Part shown: positions 18,007 to 26,877 of the stretch, in pieces
Layout of the letters: every line of letters begins with the position of its first letter
Position numbering within the stretch: the stretch's first letter is position 1
Source: Clostridia bacterium
Lineage (GTDB): Bacteria; Bacillota; Clostridia; UMGS1810
DNA: 64,000 nucleotides
Assembly (NCBI GenBank): GCA_045541875.1
Contig: JAZQJX010000099.1
Location: forward strand, 2,684-66,683
Direction of reading: 5' to 3'
The notes under the pieces: model-generated
Told to the model about the DNA's origin: nothing
What the model saw: the letters and a program-made list of their open reading frames with translations, nothing else
Databases searched by the model: none
Translations under genes and position numbers: made by a program

Positions 18007-19170
18007 ATGCCGGTACCCCTGGTTCCTTACATACCTGACTATATAACCGTGCATCTTGGTGCGCCCGATGAACCTGCAGAAAATGTCATAGTAAGTTTTC
18101 CTGATTACATAAAAAACGTAGCATCAAGCGAAATATATCCGACGTGGTCAGAAGATGCCATATATGCAAACATATACGCGCAGATATCATATGCACTCAA
18201 CAGAGTATATACAGAATACTATAGAAGCAGAGGTTACGATTTTAATATAACATCGTCAACAGCCTATGATCAGAAATTTATAAAAGGAAGAAATATATAT
18301 GAGAACATTGACAGAATAGTAGACTCTATTTTTACATCTTATATAAGACGTGTAGGTTTTGTAGAACCACTGGCTGCAAAGTATTGTAATGGTACGACTG
18401 TGACCTGCGAGGGACTTTCTCAGTGGGGGAGTGAAGAACTTGCAAGACAAGGCTATTCTTATATTGATATTTTGAAGTATTATTATGGAGATAACATAGA
18501 AATTGTTACAAATGCACCCATCGCCGGAATTGTGTCACTTTATCCCGGAAGACCATACAGAATCGGTGACACCGGCGGCAGTGTCACTTTGATTCAACAG
18601 TTTTTAAATGAGATATCAAATGATTATCCTCTGATTCCCAAAATAAATCCTGTTGATGGAATCTTTGGTGAAGACACAGAAAATGCTGTAACTGTTTTTC
18701 AGGAGATTTTCAATTTAACTCCTGACGGAATCGTAGGTGAGGCAACCTGGAATAAAATGGTGCTTTTGTATGTTGCCATAAGAGATTTGTCAGAACTTGT
18801 ATCAGAGGGGCAAATGTATGTCGGAACTGATCTTCAGTTTCCCGAAAGCGTGTCCGTTGGTTCAACAGGGCCAAGAGTATCAAGTCTTCAGTATTTTCTT
18901 CTGATTATTTCAAACTTTGATCAAAGGATACAATCTGTTCCTGTGACAGGAGAATTTGGTCAGTTAACATTTAACGCTGTAAAACAATTTCAAAGTGCGT
19001 ATAATCTTCCTGTTACCGGAATCGTTGATGAGGCAACATGGAATGTATTGTATGATACGTATTCCGCTATCATAAATGTTGTTTTAAGAAACGGAAGTTT
19101 CCATAGTGAAGGAGTAAATGAAACTCAGTATCCGGGAAACTCATTATCTGTCAATCAAACTGATATGTGA
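18007..19170 (+). CDS. SleC-like spore cortex-lytic enzyme body (SpoIID/LytB-like catalytic region plus two PG_binding_1 domains)
   Basis: AAAGGAG RBS. YIKNVASSEIYPTWSEDAIYANIYAQISYALNRVYTEYYRSRGYDFNITSSTAYDQKF, then two peptidoglycan-binding repeats (DGIFGEDTENAVTVFQEIFNLTPDGIVGEATW; GEFGQLTFNAVKQFQSAYNLPVTGIVDEATW). Confidence 0.7.
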   Translation: MPVPLVPYIPDYITVHLGAPDEPAENVIVSFPDYIKNVASSEIYPTWSEDAIYANIYAQISYALNRVYTEYYRSRGYDFNITSSTAYDQKFIKGRNIYENIDRIVDSIFTSYIRRVGFVEPLAAKYCNGTTVTCEGLSQWGSEELARQGYSYIDILKYYYGDNIEIVTNAPIAGIVSLYPGRPYRIGDTGGSVTLIQQFLNEISNDYPLIPKINPVDGIFGEDTENAVTVFQEIFNLTPDGIVGEATWNKMVLLYVAIRDLSELVSEGQMYVGTDLQFPESVSVGSTGPRVSSLQYFLLIISNFDQRIQSVPVTGEFGQLTFNAVKQFQSAYNLPVTGIVDEATWNVLYDTYSAIINVVLRNGSFHSEGVNETQYPGNSLSVNQTDM

Positions 19171-19183
19171 AAGGAGAAGTAAT

Positions 19184-19747
19184 TTGACAACATCTCATCT
19201 TTTGAAATTCGATTCGCCAATACATAATCTGCAGGTGTTTTTAAGAACAATATCAAGAAAGTATCCGGAAATTCCGAATGTTATTCCGGATGGTGTTTAC
19301 GGTGATGCAACAGTAAAAGCTGTGGAGGCATTTCAACAAAAGTTTATGTCAGAATCCGATGGGATTGTAGGATTTGATACGTGGGATAAAATTGTTGATG
19401 TATATAAAGGTATAGAGACTGAAAACGAGAATAAATCTGTGACGATATTTCCTGAACAGGGAGTACTTTCACAAGATGAATTGATGACATCAACAGTTTA
19501 TATAATACAATCAATGCTTCTGGCATTGTCAGATGTTTTTTCAAATATTCCAAGAGTTAATGTCACAGGATATCTTGACACATCAACCGTTGAGGGCATA
19601 AAAGCGATTCAATATGCAAGCGGACTTAATCCTGACGGAAATATAACAAATATTTTCTGGAACTATCTCTCAAGCATATATGAAGTTTTTATATCAAAAG
19701 ACAGAGTTGGTAATAATACATTGCTTAACTATGTTACACAAGTATAA
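19184..19747 (+). CDS. peptidoglycan-binding protein with two PG_binding_1 domains
   Basis: TTG 19184 follows AAAGGAGAAG; the track ORF starts at 19118, inside the previous gene. DGVYGDATVKAVEAFQQKFMSESDGIVGFDTW and a second, degenerate repeat. Confidence 0.65.
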   Translation: MTTSHLLKFDSPIHNLQVFLRTISRKYPEIPNVIPDGVYGDATVKAVEAFQQKFMSESDGIVGFDTWDKIVDVYKGIETENENKSVTIFPEQGVLSQDELMTSTVYIIQSMLLALSDVFSNIPRVNVTGYLDTSTVEGIKAIQYASGLNPDGNITNIFWNYLSSIYEVFISKDRVGNNTLLNYVTQV

Positions 19748-19838
19748 TATTTATGTTACAGATAAATCTCCTTTATTGATAAAAAACTATTCTTTATGAT
19801 AACATAGAATAGAAATATCATAACAAGGAGGAGATACT

Positions 19839-21815
19839 GTGAAGAAATTAATATTTGGTTTTTTGTTGTCAGTTTTAGTTGTTGTTTTGTCTCCTTCAGT
19901 TATATCTATGGCAGATTCAGTTCCTGAAATTTACATAAATGGAAATGAAGCGGAAATATATGACAGTTGTATGCTTGTTAATTCTACTGTATACGTTGCA
20001 CCTGATGCTATTGCGCGAACTTTTAATCTTGTTCTCAGCGTTGACACTGAATCGGTTGTATACACTTTTTCAAATAAAGTAAGAACAATCACATACGATG
20101 CCGGATCAGGCTCTGTCAACATCAGTGACAGAAATTCATTTATGTATAATGTCATTGAAGATGCCTATCCGTCATATTCAGAAAACGGCAAGGTGTATAT
20201 TCCCATAAGGATGATTTGCTACGGACTTTATATGGATGTAAATTATATTGCTGAATATAACAGGGTTGAGATAACCGGTATATCCGATAGCGTTGGACTA
20301 TTTAATAATGACGGAAGTGCTGTTGCATATAGGGGAGGAAAGTTTGGAATTGTTAATTCAACAGGAGAAGTTCTTCTTAAATTCAGTTATGACGCAATAA
20401 CAAATTATGATAATAATTCACTGTATAAAATCACATATAATCATAAGCACGGTCTTGCTGACTCACGCGGCAGAATACTTACTGATGTTATTTACAATGA
20501 AATTACATATGAATCTCCAGCGTGCATATATCTTGAATCTGAAAGTTTAAAGGGTATGTGCGATATATCCGGAAATATTATAATTACTGTTGGTTATGAT
20601 GATATAATATACTGTGCAAACAGAATTGCAATGGTAAGGCTTGGGAAAAACTGGCACATACTTGATTGTACAAAGGATGAATTATCTTTTGAAACATACG
20701 ATGAGGTATACAAAATAACTGCCGGAATTCAGTCAGACAATCATATGATTCAAGGCTACTATGTTATGAAAAACGGCAAATGGGGTTGCGTGGACAGTTT
20801 TGGTAAAATTGTCATAGAACTTAAATATGATGCTCTTGACAAGTTTGACACTTTTGGCCGTGCACGTGTGATATTAAATGGAAAATTTGGCGTTGTTGAT
20901 TGTGGCGGAAGAACAATTATTCCAACTGCATATGACTATATTGATACCTTTGACCGGCTTAATGTGACTGTTGCGCAAGTAGGAGATAAGTATGGTATAA
21001 TTGATTATAATCATAATGTTGTTGTACCTTTTGAATATGACTATATATATCCATTCAATAATTCTGTGTCATCTGTTGCGTACAAAAATGATAAGTTTGG
21101 CGTTATATCCGCATCGGGTGAACTTTTTACAGGATTTAACTATAAATATATGGAAGAATTCAAAAACGGAATGGCACTTGCCTACGATGATGGTTATGGA
21201 TATATAAATCATTACGGACAGGAAGTTATAAAGTTGGAACATGATGAAGTGAAACAGGGAACAACAACATCTGTTTTTCTGAAAAAGCAGGGCAAATGGG
21301 CACTTTTTTCTTCATCAGGTTTTAATTTGACCGGATATAATTTCACAAGCGCAAATGGCTTTTCAAACGGGTTGGCTGCTGTGTCTGTCAAAACTTCCCT
21401 TGGTGAAAGTTACGGATATGTAAATGATTCGGGAGATACGGTAATTCCTTTTGTATATTCCATGGCACAGGATTTTAAATATGGTAAAGCAATTGCTTCA
21501 AAGGGAAAATACAGCGGTATAATAGATATTGAAGGAAATGAGATTATTCCTTTTGTCTACACCGGTTTCAATCCTTCTTATGACTATGGTGTGATTGCTG
21601 CAGCGAATGAATATAGTAAATGGGGACTTATCAGTCTTGATAACAGAAAAATAGTTGACTTTGAATATGACTATATTTTTGAATTTACTGACGGATATGC
21701 GTACACTTTAAAAAATAACAAATATGGTGTTGTTGATGAATATGGAAATATTTTGGCCAAAGCGGAACATAAGACTAAAGAAGATGCCTATGCATCAATT
21801 CTAAAACAATCATAA
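19839..21815 (+). CDS. secreted WG-repeat (KWG) protein with N-terminal copper-amine-oxidase-N-like domain
   Basis: GTG start follows AAGGAGGAG. Signal peptide. About ten repeats of the G(K)(F/W)G(V/I)(V/I)D..G..(V/I)IP..YD type (GKWGCVDSFGKIVIELKYD, GKFGVVDCGGRTIIPTAYD, DKYGIIDYNHNVVVPFEYD). Confidence 0.7.
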   Translation: MKKLIFGFLLSVLVVVLSPSVISMADSVPEIYINGNEAEIYDSCMLVNSTVYVAPDAIARTFNLVLSVDTESVVYTFSNKVRTITYDAGSGSVNISDRNSFMYNVIEDAYPSYSENGKVYIPIRMICYGLYMDVNYIAEYNRVEITGISDSVGLFNNDGSAVAYRGGKFGIVNSTGEVLLKFSYDAITNYDNNSLYKITYNHKHGLADSRGRILTDVIYNEITYESPACIYLESESLKGMCDISGNIIITVGYDDIIYCANRIAMVRLGKNWHILDCTKDELSFETYDEVYKITAGIQSDNHMIQGYYVMKNGKWGCVDSFGKIVIELKYDALDKFDTFGRARVILNGKFGVVDCGGRTIIPTAYDYIDTFDRLNVTVAQVGDKYGIIDYNHNVVVPFEYDYIYPFNNSVSSVAYKNDKFGVISASGELFTGFNYKYMEEFKNGMALAYDDGYGYINHYGQEVIKLEHDEVKQGTTTSVFLKKQGKWALFSSSGFNLTGYNFTSANGFSNGLAAVSVKTSLGESYGYVNDSGDTVIPFVYSMAQDFKYGKAIASKGKYSGIIDIEGNEIIPFVYTGFNPSYDYGVIAAANEYSKWGLISLDNRKIVDFEYDYIFEFTDGYAYTLKNNKYGVVDEYGNILAKAEHKTKEDAYASILKQS

Positions 21816-21817
21816 CC

Positions 21818-21856
21818 AAAAAATGCTCAATCCCTAAAAGGATGTGAGCATTTTTG
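21818..21856. terminator. bidirectional intrinsic terminator between convergent genes
   Basis: ATGCTCAATCC / GGATGTGAGCAT hairpin (21823-21851), flanked by AAAAA on the left and TTTTT on the right. Confidence 0.65.
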
Positions 21857-21858
21857 CG

Positions 21859-22989
21859 TTATTTGAAATATTGATACACATTACACTTAAGCATTCCGTT
21901 ATAGAGTTTCCTCTTCTTGTCTGCTTCTTTCCCGTAGTATTTTTCAAAATCCTGATAAGAAGTAAGAATCAGTTTCTTTGCTTGGGGAAATGAAGAAAAC
22001 TTTTTCCCCATCATTGAATAGATTTTCTGACATTTTTTCACATCCAGAAGTCTTTCTCCGTAGGGAGGATTGCAGACAATCACACCTTTTTCCCTGAATG
22101 GTCTTATATTTGCACAGTCCGACACTTTGAATACTATCTTATCATATACTCCTGCGTTTTTTGCATTTTGTTTTGCTATTTCTATGGCTTTTGGATCAAT
22201 GTCGGATGCAAAAATTATGGTTTCATTATCATTTTCAATGTTATCAATTGCTTCATCACGTGCATCTTTCCACATATCTTTCGAAATGATATTTTTCCAT
22301 GTTTCGCTTACAAATTTTCTTTTGAGACCGGGTGCTTTATTTGTTGCATAAAGTGCAGCTTCAATAGGGATTGTACCGCTGCCGCAAAAGGGATCGCAAA
22401 GGGGTCTGTCACCACGCCAGAAACTCATATCAATCATTGCAAAGGCAAGAGTTTCCCTCATGGGTGCAAGAACTGATTGCATTCTGTATCCTCGTTTGTA
22501 TAGATTATCGCCTGTTGTATCAATGTACATAGTCACAATGTTTTTCATAATCGAAAACTGAACAGGTACTTTTGCATCAGTTTCTTCAAAATATGAAATG
22601 CCGTATACCGATGAAAGCCTTTTGACAATACTCTTTTTGATAATTGACTGACAATCAGGAATGCTGTGAAGTTGGGATTTTAATGAATGTCCCGAAACAG
22701 GGAATGCATCATTTTTTCCTATATAGTTTTCCCACGGTATTTTTGAAACACCTACGAACAATTCTTCAAAACTTTCTGCTTTAAATTCGCCCATGTTTAT
22801 CATTATTCTTTCAGCGCATCTCAGGTTTATGTTTGAAAGGCAAATGGCTTCAAAATCACCTTTGAAATTAACTCTGCCATCAGTTACGGATGTAGTATCA
22901 TATCCAAGTTTTCTCACTTCGTTTGCAACAATGTTTTCTGTTCCCAGAAGTGTTGGGATTGTAAGGTTAAGTATGTCCAAAATTATCAT
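21859..22989 (-). CDS. THUMP-domain class I SAM-dependent RNA methyltransferase (COG0116, RlmL/YpsC-like)
   Basis: SAM-binding DPFCGSGTIPIEAAL and catalytic NPPYGERL motifs, with a THUMP-like N-terminal half. Confidence 0.8.
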   Translation of the reverse strand: MIILDILNLTIPTLLGTENIVANEVRKLGYDTTSVTDGRVNFKGDFEAICLSNINLRCAERIMINMGEFKAESFEELFVGVSKIPWENYIGKNDAFPVSGHSLKSQLHSIPDCQSIIKKSIVKRLSSVYGISYFEETDAKVPVQFSIMKNIVTMYIDTTGDNLYKRGYRMQSVLAPMRETLAFAMIDMSFWRGDRPLCDPFCGSGTIPIEAALYATNKAPGLKRKFVSETWKNIISKDMWKDARDEAIDNIENDNETIIFASDIDPKAIEIAKQNAKNAGVYDKIVFKVSDCANIRPFREKGVIVCNPPYGERLLDVKKCQKIYSMMGKKFSSFPQAKKLILTSYQDFEKYYGKEADKKRKLYNGMLKCNVYQYFK

Positions 22990-23123
22990 TCCTTAAGTTT
23001 AGTTATATTGATTATAGCATAAATAAATGCTAAAATCTATATTATAATAAAAATTATGCTGGATTTATACAAAGAAATGTGATATTATATATTATCATAT
23101 ACTTATGCGAGGAATGAATATAG

Positions 23124-24032
23124 ATGCTTGATGTATGTTTACTCGGTACCGGCGGTACCATGCCTTTAAAAAATCGTTGGCTTTCATCTGCCATATTCAG
23201 ATATAACGGCCATTCTATACTGATGGATTGCGGTGAAGGGACTCAGGTTGCTCTCAAGTCTGCCGGCTTTACCTTTAAACCCATTGATGTTATATGTCTG
23301 ACTCATCTTCATGCTGACCATGTAAGCGGAATACCGGGAATGCTTTTATCCATGGGAAACGAGGGGAGAACTGAATCGGTTCTGATAATCGGTCCAAAAG
23401 GCACAGCAAAAGTTATATCAAATCTTCGCATAATTGCGCCTCAATTGCCTTTTGAGGTTGAAGTATCTGAAATTGAAAATCCTGATGAAACATATTGGTT
23501 TGACGGATTTAATATAACCGCTTTTAAAGTGCGTCATAGCGTTGAATGTTACGGATACAGAATTGATATACCTAGAGTCGGAAAGTTTGATACTGAAAAA
23601 GCAAATAAGAATAATGTGCCGATGGCGATATGGGGAAATCTTCAGAAAAATTCAGAAGTTGAGTATGACGGAAAGATATATACTTCGGATATGGTGCTTG
23701 GTAAGGACAGACAGGGTATCAGAACAGTTTTTTGCACAGATACAAGACCTTGTGAGCAAATAGAGTTTTACTCTGAAAATGCTGACCTTCTAATACTTGA
23801 GGGAATGTATGGCAGTGACGAAAAAGATGACAGTGCAAAAACAAAGATGCATATGACATTTGCAGAAGCGGCACAAATTGCCAAAAATACAAACGCACAA
23901 TCTTTGTGGTTTACTCATTACTCGCCATCAATGCCTGACCCTGAAATGTACATTGATGAGGCAAAAATTTTGTTTGAAAATTCTGAACTTGGATTCGATG
24001 GGAAATTTCAAACAATCAGATTTAAAGATTAA
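23124..24032 (+). CDS. rnz: ribonuclease Z
   Basis: LGTGGTMP N-terminus, metallo-beta-lactamase HLHADHVSG motif, length about 300 aa. Confidence 0.9.
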   Translation: MLDVCLLGTGGTMPLKNRWLSSAIFRYNGHSILMDCGEGTQVALKSAGFTFKPIDVICLTHLHADHVSGIPGMLLSMGNEGRTESVLIIGPKGTAKVISNLRIIAPQLPFEVEVSEIENPDETYWFDGFNITAFKVRHSVECYGYRIDIPRVGKFDTEKANKNNVPMAIWGNLQKNSEVEYDGKIYTSDMVLGKDRQGIRTVFCTDTRPCEQIEFYSENADLLILEGMYGSDEKDDSAKTKMHMTFAEAAQIAKNTNAQSLWFTHYSPSMPDPEMYIDEAKILFENSELGFDGKFQTIRFKD

Positions 24033-24175
24033 TATTTAAAATGGCACTTCACCGTTGAACTGTTCCAATATTTGCAGACAGTACAAAAAAGAACTATATG
24101 GCAACAATACATAATCCAAAAATTTAATATAAAAACAAAAAAATAGAAAATTTATGTTTTTTGTTGTTGGTGATA

Positions 24176-24204
24176 TTGTCTGTGTATTTATGCAATGATA
24201 TAAT
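24176..24204 (+). promoter_or_regulatory. candidate sigma-A promoter with extended -10
   Basis: TTGTCT (24176-24181), 17-nt spacer, TGaTATAAT (24196-24204), about 100 nt upstream of ATG 24309. Confidence 0.35.
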
Positions 24205-24308
24205 ATTTATATAACAAACAAAGTACAGTTTTACCCCTTGTCAAAAGATGTAATGAAATGTATCATTTATGTAAAGATTTTAATAATGATTGACTGGAGG
24301 AATTACTA

Positions 24309-25460
24309 ATGAATAACAAATACGATGTTGCGGCTTTTATTTGGCCTGCATATACAGGTGATGAATTGAGAACACGTATTTTCTGGCCTGAAGGCATTGG
24401 CGAATGGGAAACTGTTAAGAATTCATTTCCGAAATTTGAAGGGCATCAATGGCCGAGAAAACCTCTTTGGGGATATGTTAATGAAGCAGACAAAGAAGTA
24501 ATGGAAATGGAAATAAATGAAGCAACATCTCACGGTGTAAATGTATTTATTTATGACTGGTACTGGTATGATAACCGCCCGTTTCTTGAAAACTGTCTTA
24601 ATGACGGGTTTTTGAAAGCATCTAACAATGACAAAATGAAATTTTACATAATGTGGGCAAATCACAATGTCGGCTATTCTTGGGATGTAAGAAACAGCGA
24701 TATGGAAGGTGACTATACCCTGGAACAACTGAATAAAAGTATGCTCTATCAGGGAAGCGTTTCAAGAGATCAGTTTGAAATTGTTGCTGACCGAATGATT
24801 GATAAATATTTCAAACACCCAAGTTATTATACAATAGACGGAAAGCCCGTATTTATGATTTTCACATTTCCCATGCTCATTCATGGACTTGGCGGAGTGA
24901 AGGAAACAAAAGATGCTCTTGACTGGTTCAGACAAAGATGTGTTGAAAAAGGACTCAAAGGACTTCATCTTCAGATGAATATGCATCAGGTATGCTATGA
25001 AATATATGATGGCGACCGTCTTATGGGAATAGATGAAGTAATAAGCTACTTTGGTTTTGACAGTTGCACCAACTATCAAATGATAAATGTTTTAAAGGAT
25101 AAAGTTGAAGGAACATATTCCGATGCGGTAGATAAGGCTAAAGAAGGATGGGAGAGACTGGATAATGACAGTTCAGTTCCTTATTTCCCGCAGGTGTGTT
25201 GCGGATGGGATAATAATCCCAGATTCAAAAAAACAAAAACCGTTCAGCTTGATGGGGCAAATCCAAAGGATTTCAAAAGGGCTCTTGAAAATGCAAAAGA
25301 ATTTATAGACAGACATCCAAATCAGACTCCTCTTGTTACCATAAACAGCTGGAACGAATGGACAGAGGGAAGTTATCTTGAACCTGATGATCTTTTCGGA
25401 TACGGATATCTTGATGCTGTAAAAGCGGTTTTTTTAGATAAAGAATATTGTGATAGGTGA
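24309..25460 (+). CDS. cytoplasmic WbsX-like / GH99-like TIM-barrel glycan-active protein
   Basis: The N-terminal FIWPAYTGDE...GEWETV...WPRKPLWGY...HGVNVFIYDWYWY pattern is typical of the Glyco_tran_WbsX family as I remember it. No signal peptide. Confidence 0.5.
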   Translation: MNNKYDVAAFIWPAYTGDELRTRIFWPEGIGEWETVKNSFPKFEGHQWPRKPLWGYVNEADKEVMEMEINEATSHGVNVFIYDWYWYDNRPFLENCLNDGFLKASNNDKMKFYIMWANHNVGYSWDVRNSDMEGDYTLEQLNKSMLYQGSVSRDQFEIVADRMIDKYFKHPSYYTIDGKPVFMIFTFPMLIHGLGGVKETKDALDWFRQRCVEKGLKGLHLQMNMHQVCYEIYDGDRLMGIDEVISYFGFDSCTNYQMINVLKDKVEGTYSDAVDKAKEGWERLDNDSSVPYFPQVCCGWDNNPRFKKTKTVQLDGANPKDFKRALENAKEFIDRHPNQTPLVTINSWNEWTEGSYLEPDDLFGYGYLDAVKAVFLDKEYCDR

Positions 25461-25519
25461 TAAATACACAACTATGAAGAATTCATCTTATTGACATACC
25501 GTTGTATAGAATTGAATTA

Positions 25520-25557
25520 GCGAGGTATAAAAAGTCGTAAGGCTTTTTATACCTCGC
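25520..25557 (+). terminator. strong hairpin downstream of 24309-25460
   Basis: GCGAGGTATAAAAAG (25520-25534) pairs with CTTTTTATACCTCGC (25543-25557). The U-tail is weak (TCTGTT). Confidence 0.5.
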
Positions 25558-25670
25558 TCTGTTATCAGTATTTATACATATTTTTCATAATCAATAAGTC
25601 GATATTCATCAAAATGCAATATTGTACAAAAAAAATGGAATATGTTATCAGGATATAAATGCATTATTAG

Positions 25671-25699
25671 TTGAAAATTATGAGCTTATGTGATATATT
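25671..25699 (+). promoter_or_regulatory. candidate sigma-A promoter of the nagA operon
   Basis: TTGAAA (25671-25676), 17-nt spacer, extended -10 TGaTATATT (25691-25699). Confidence 0.45.
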
Positions 25700-25729
25700 T
25701 ACCATATGGGAAACAAAGGAGGAATATAG

Positions 25730-26875
25730 ATGAAGTGTATTATTAACGGGAAATTTATTATGCCTGATCGTGTGGTAGAAGGATATGCTGTTGTTTTTGA
25801 TTCGGAAATCAAAAACATTGCTCCGTTAACCGATATAGATTTATCCGGATATGAAGTGGTTGATGCAGACGGAAAGTATGTATCACCCGGTCTTGTTGAT
25901 ATGCATATTCACGGATATCTTGGGGCGGATGTATCAGATGGTGATGCTGAAGGTGTGCAATTAATGGCTGAAGGTATCATAAAAAATGGTGTTACAGCAT
26001 GGTGCCCCACAACAATGACCGTTTCAAAGGAAGAAATTGAAAATGCATTTGATGCCGTGAGAAAAATCAAAAATTCCGATGAGTATTATGGTGCAAGAAT
26101 TCTTGGTGTAAACAGTGAAGGTCCCTTTATAAATGCTGCAAAAAAAGGCGCTCAGGCAGAAGAACATATTTTAAGACCTGATGCTGATTTTATAAAGAAA
26201 CACTCAGATGTTGTTAAACTTTTTACTGTTGCTCCCGAAGTTGACGGTGCGCTTGAATGTATTGAAAGAGTAACAGATGAAACAGATGTTCTTGTTTCTA
26301 TGGGACATACAGATGCAAACTTTGATCAGGCAAACGAAGGCGTTAAAAAAGGTGTAAGACACACAACACATCTTTTCAATGCTATGACGGCATTGTCACA
26401 TAGAAGTCCCGGTGTTGTCGGATCAGCACTTTCTTCGGATCTTGTCAGCACAGAACTTATTGCTGACACTTTCCATGTTAATAAAGGTCTGTTTAACCTG
26501 ATTGCAAAAATAAAAGATGATAAACTTTGTCTTATCACAGACTGTATCAGAGCAGGCGGTATGCCGGATGGTGATTATACTCTCGGAGGACAGCCCGTAC
26601 ATAAAGAAGGAATAAAGTGCCTTATGGATGACGGTACTATTGCAGGAAGTGTTCTTAAACTTAACGAGGCTGTATATAACCTTTATTCCAATTCGGATCT
26701 TGAAATTTATGAGGCAGTTGCTTGTGCATCACTAAATCCCGCAAAAGCACTTGGTGAAGATTCTGAAATCGGATCTTTGGAAGTTGGAAAACGTGCCGAT
26801 ATAATTATCGCAGATGATAAGTTTAATATATCAATGTCAATACTTGGCGGAGAAATAAGATATAAAGGAGAATGA
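25730..26875 (+). CDS. nagA: N-acetylglucosamine-6-phosphate deacetylase
   Basis: GLVDMHIHGYLG, NSEGPFIN, MGHTDA and THLFNAM motifs; length 381 aa. Confidence 0.9.
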   Translation: MKCIINGKFIMPDRVVEGYAVVFDSEIKNIAPLTDIDLSGYEVVDADGKYVSPGLVDMHIHGYLGADVSDGDAEGVQLMAEGIIKNGVTAWCPTTMTVSKEEIENAFDAVRKIKNSDEYYGARILGVNSEGPFINAAKKGAQAEEHILRPDADFIKKHSDVVKLFTVAPEVDGALECIERVTDETDVLVSMGHTDANFDQANEGVKKGVRHTTHLFNAMTALSHRSPGVVGSALSSDLVSTELIADTFHVNKGLFNLIAKIKDDKLCLITDCIRAGGMPDGDYTLGGQPVHKEGIKCLMDDGTIAGSVLKLNEAVYNLYSNSDLEIYEAVACASLNPAKALGEDSEIGSLEVGKRADIIIADDKFNISMSILGGEIRYKGE

Positions 26876-26877
26876 AA

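Noticed and set aside
24125-24170. An A/T-only inverted repeat (AACAAAAAA...TTTTTTGTT) after rnz considered as a terminator.
   Set aside because: The stem would be entirely A-U pairs, too weak to call an intrinsic terminator.
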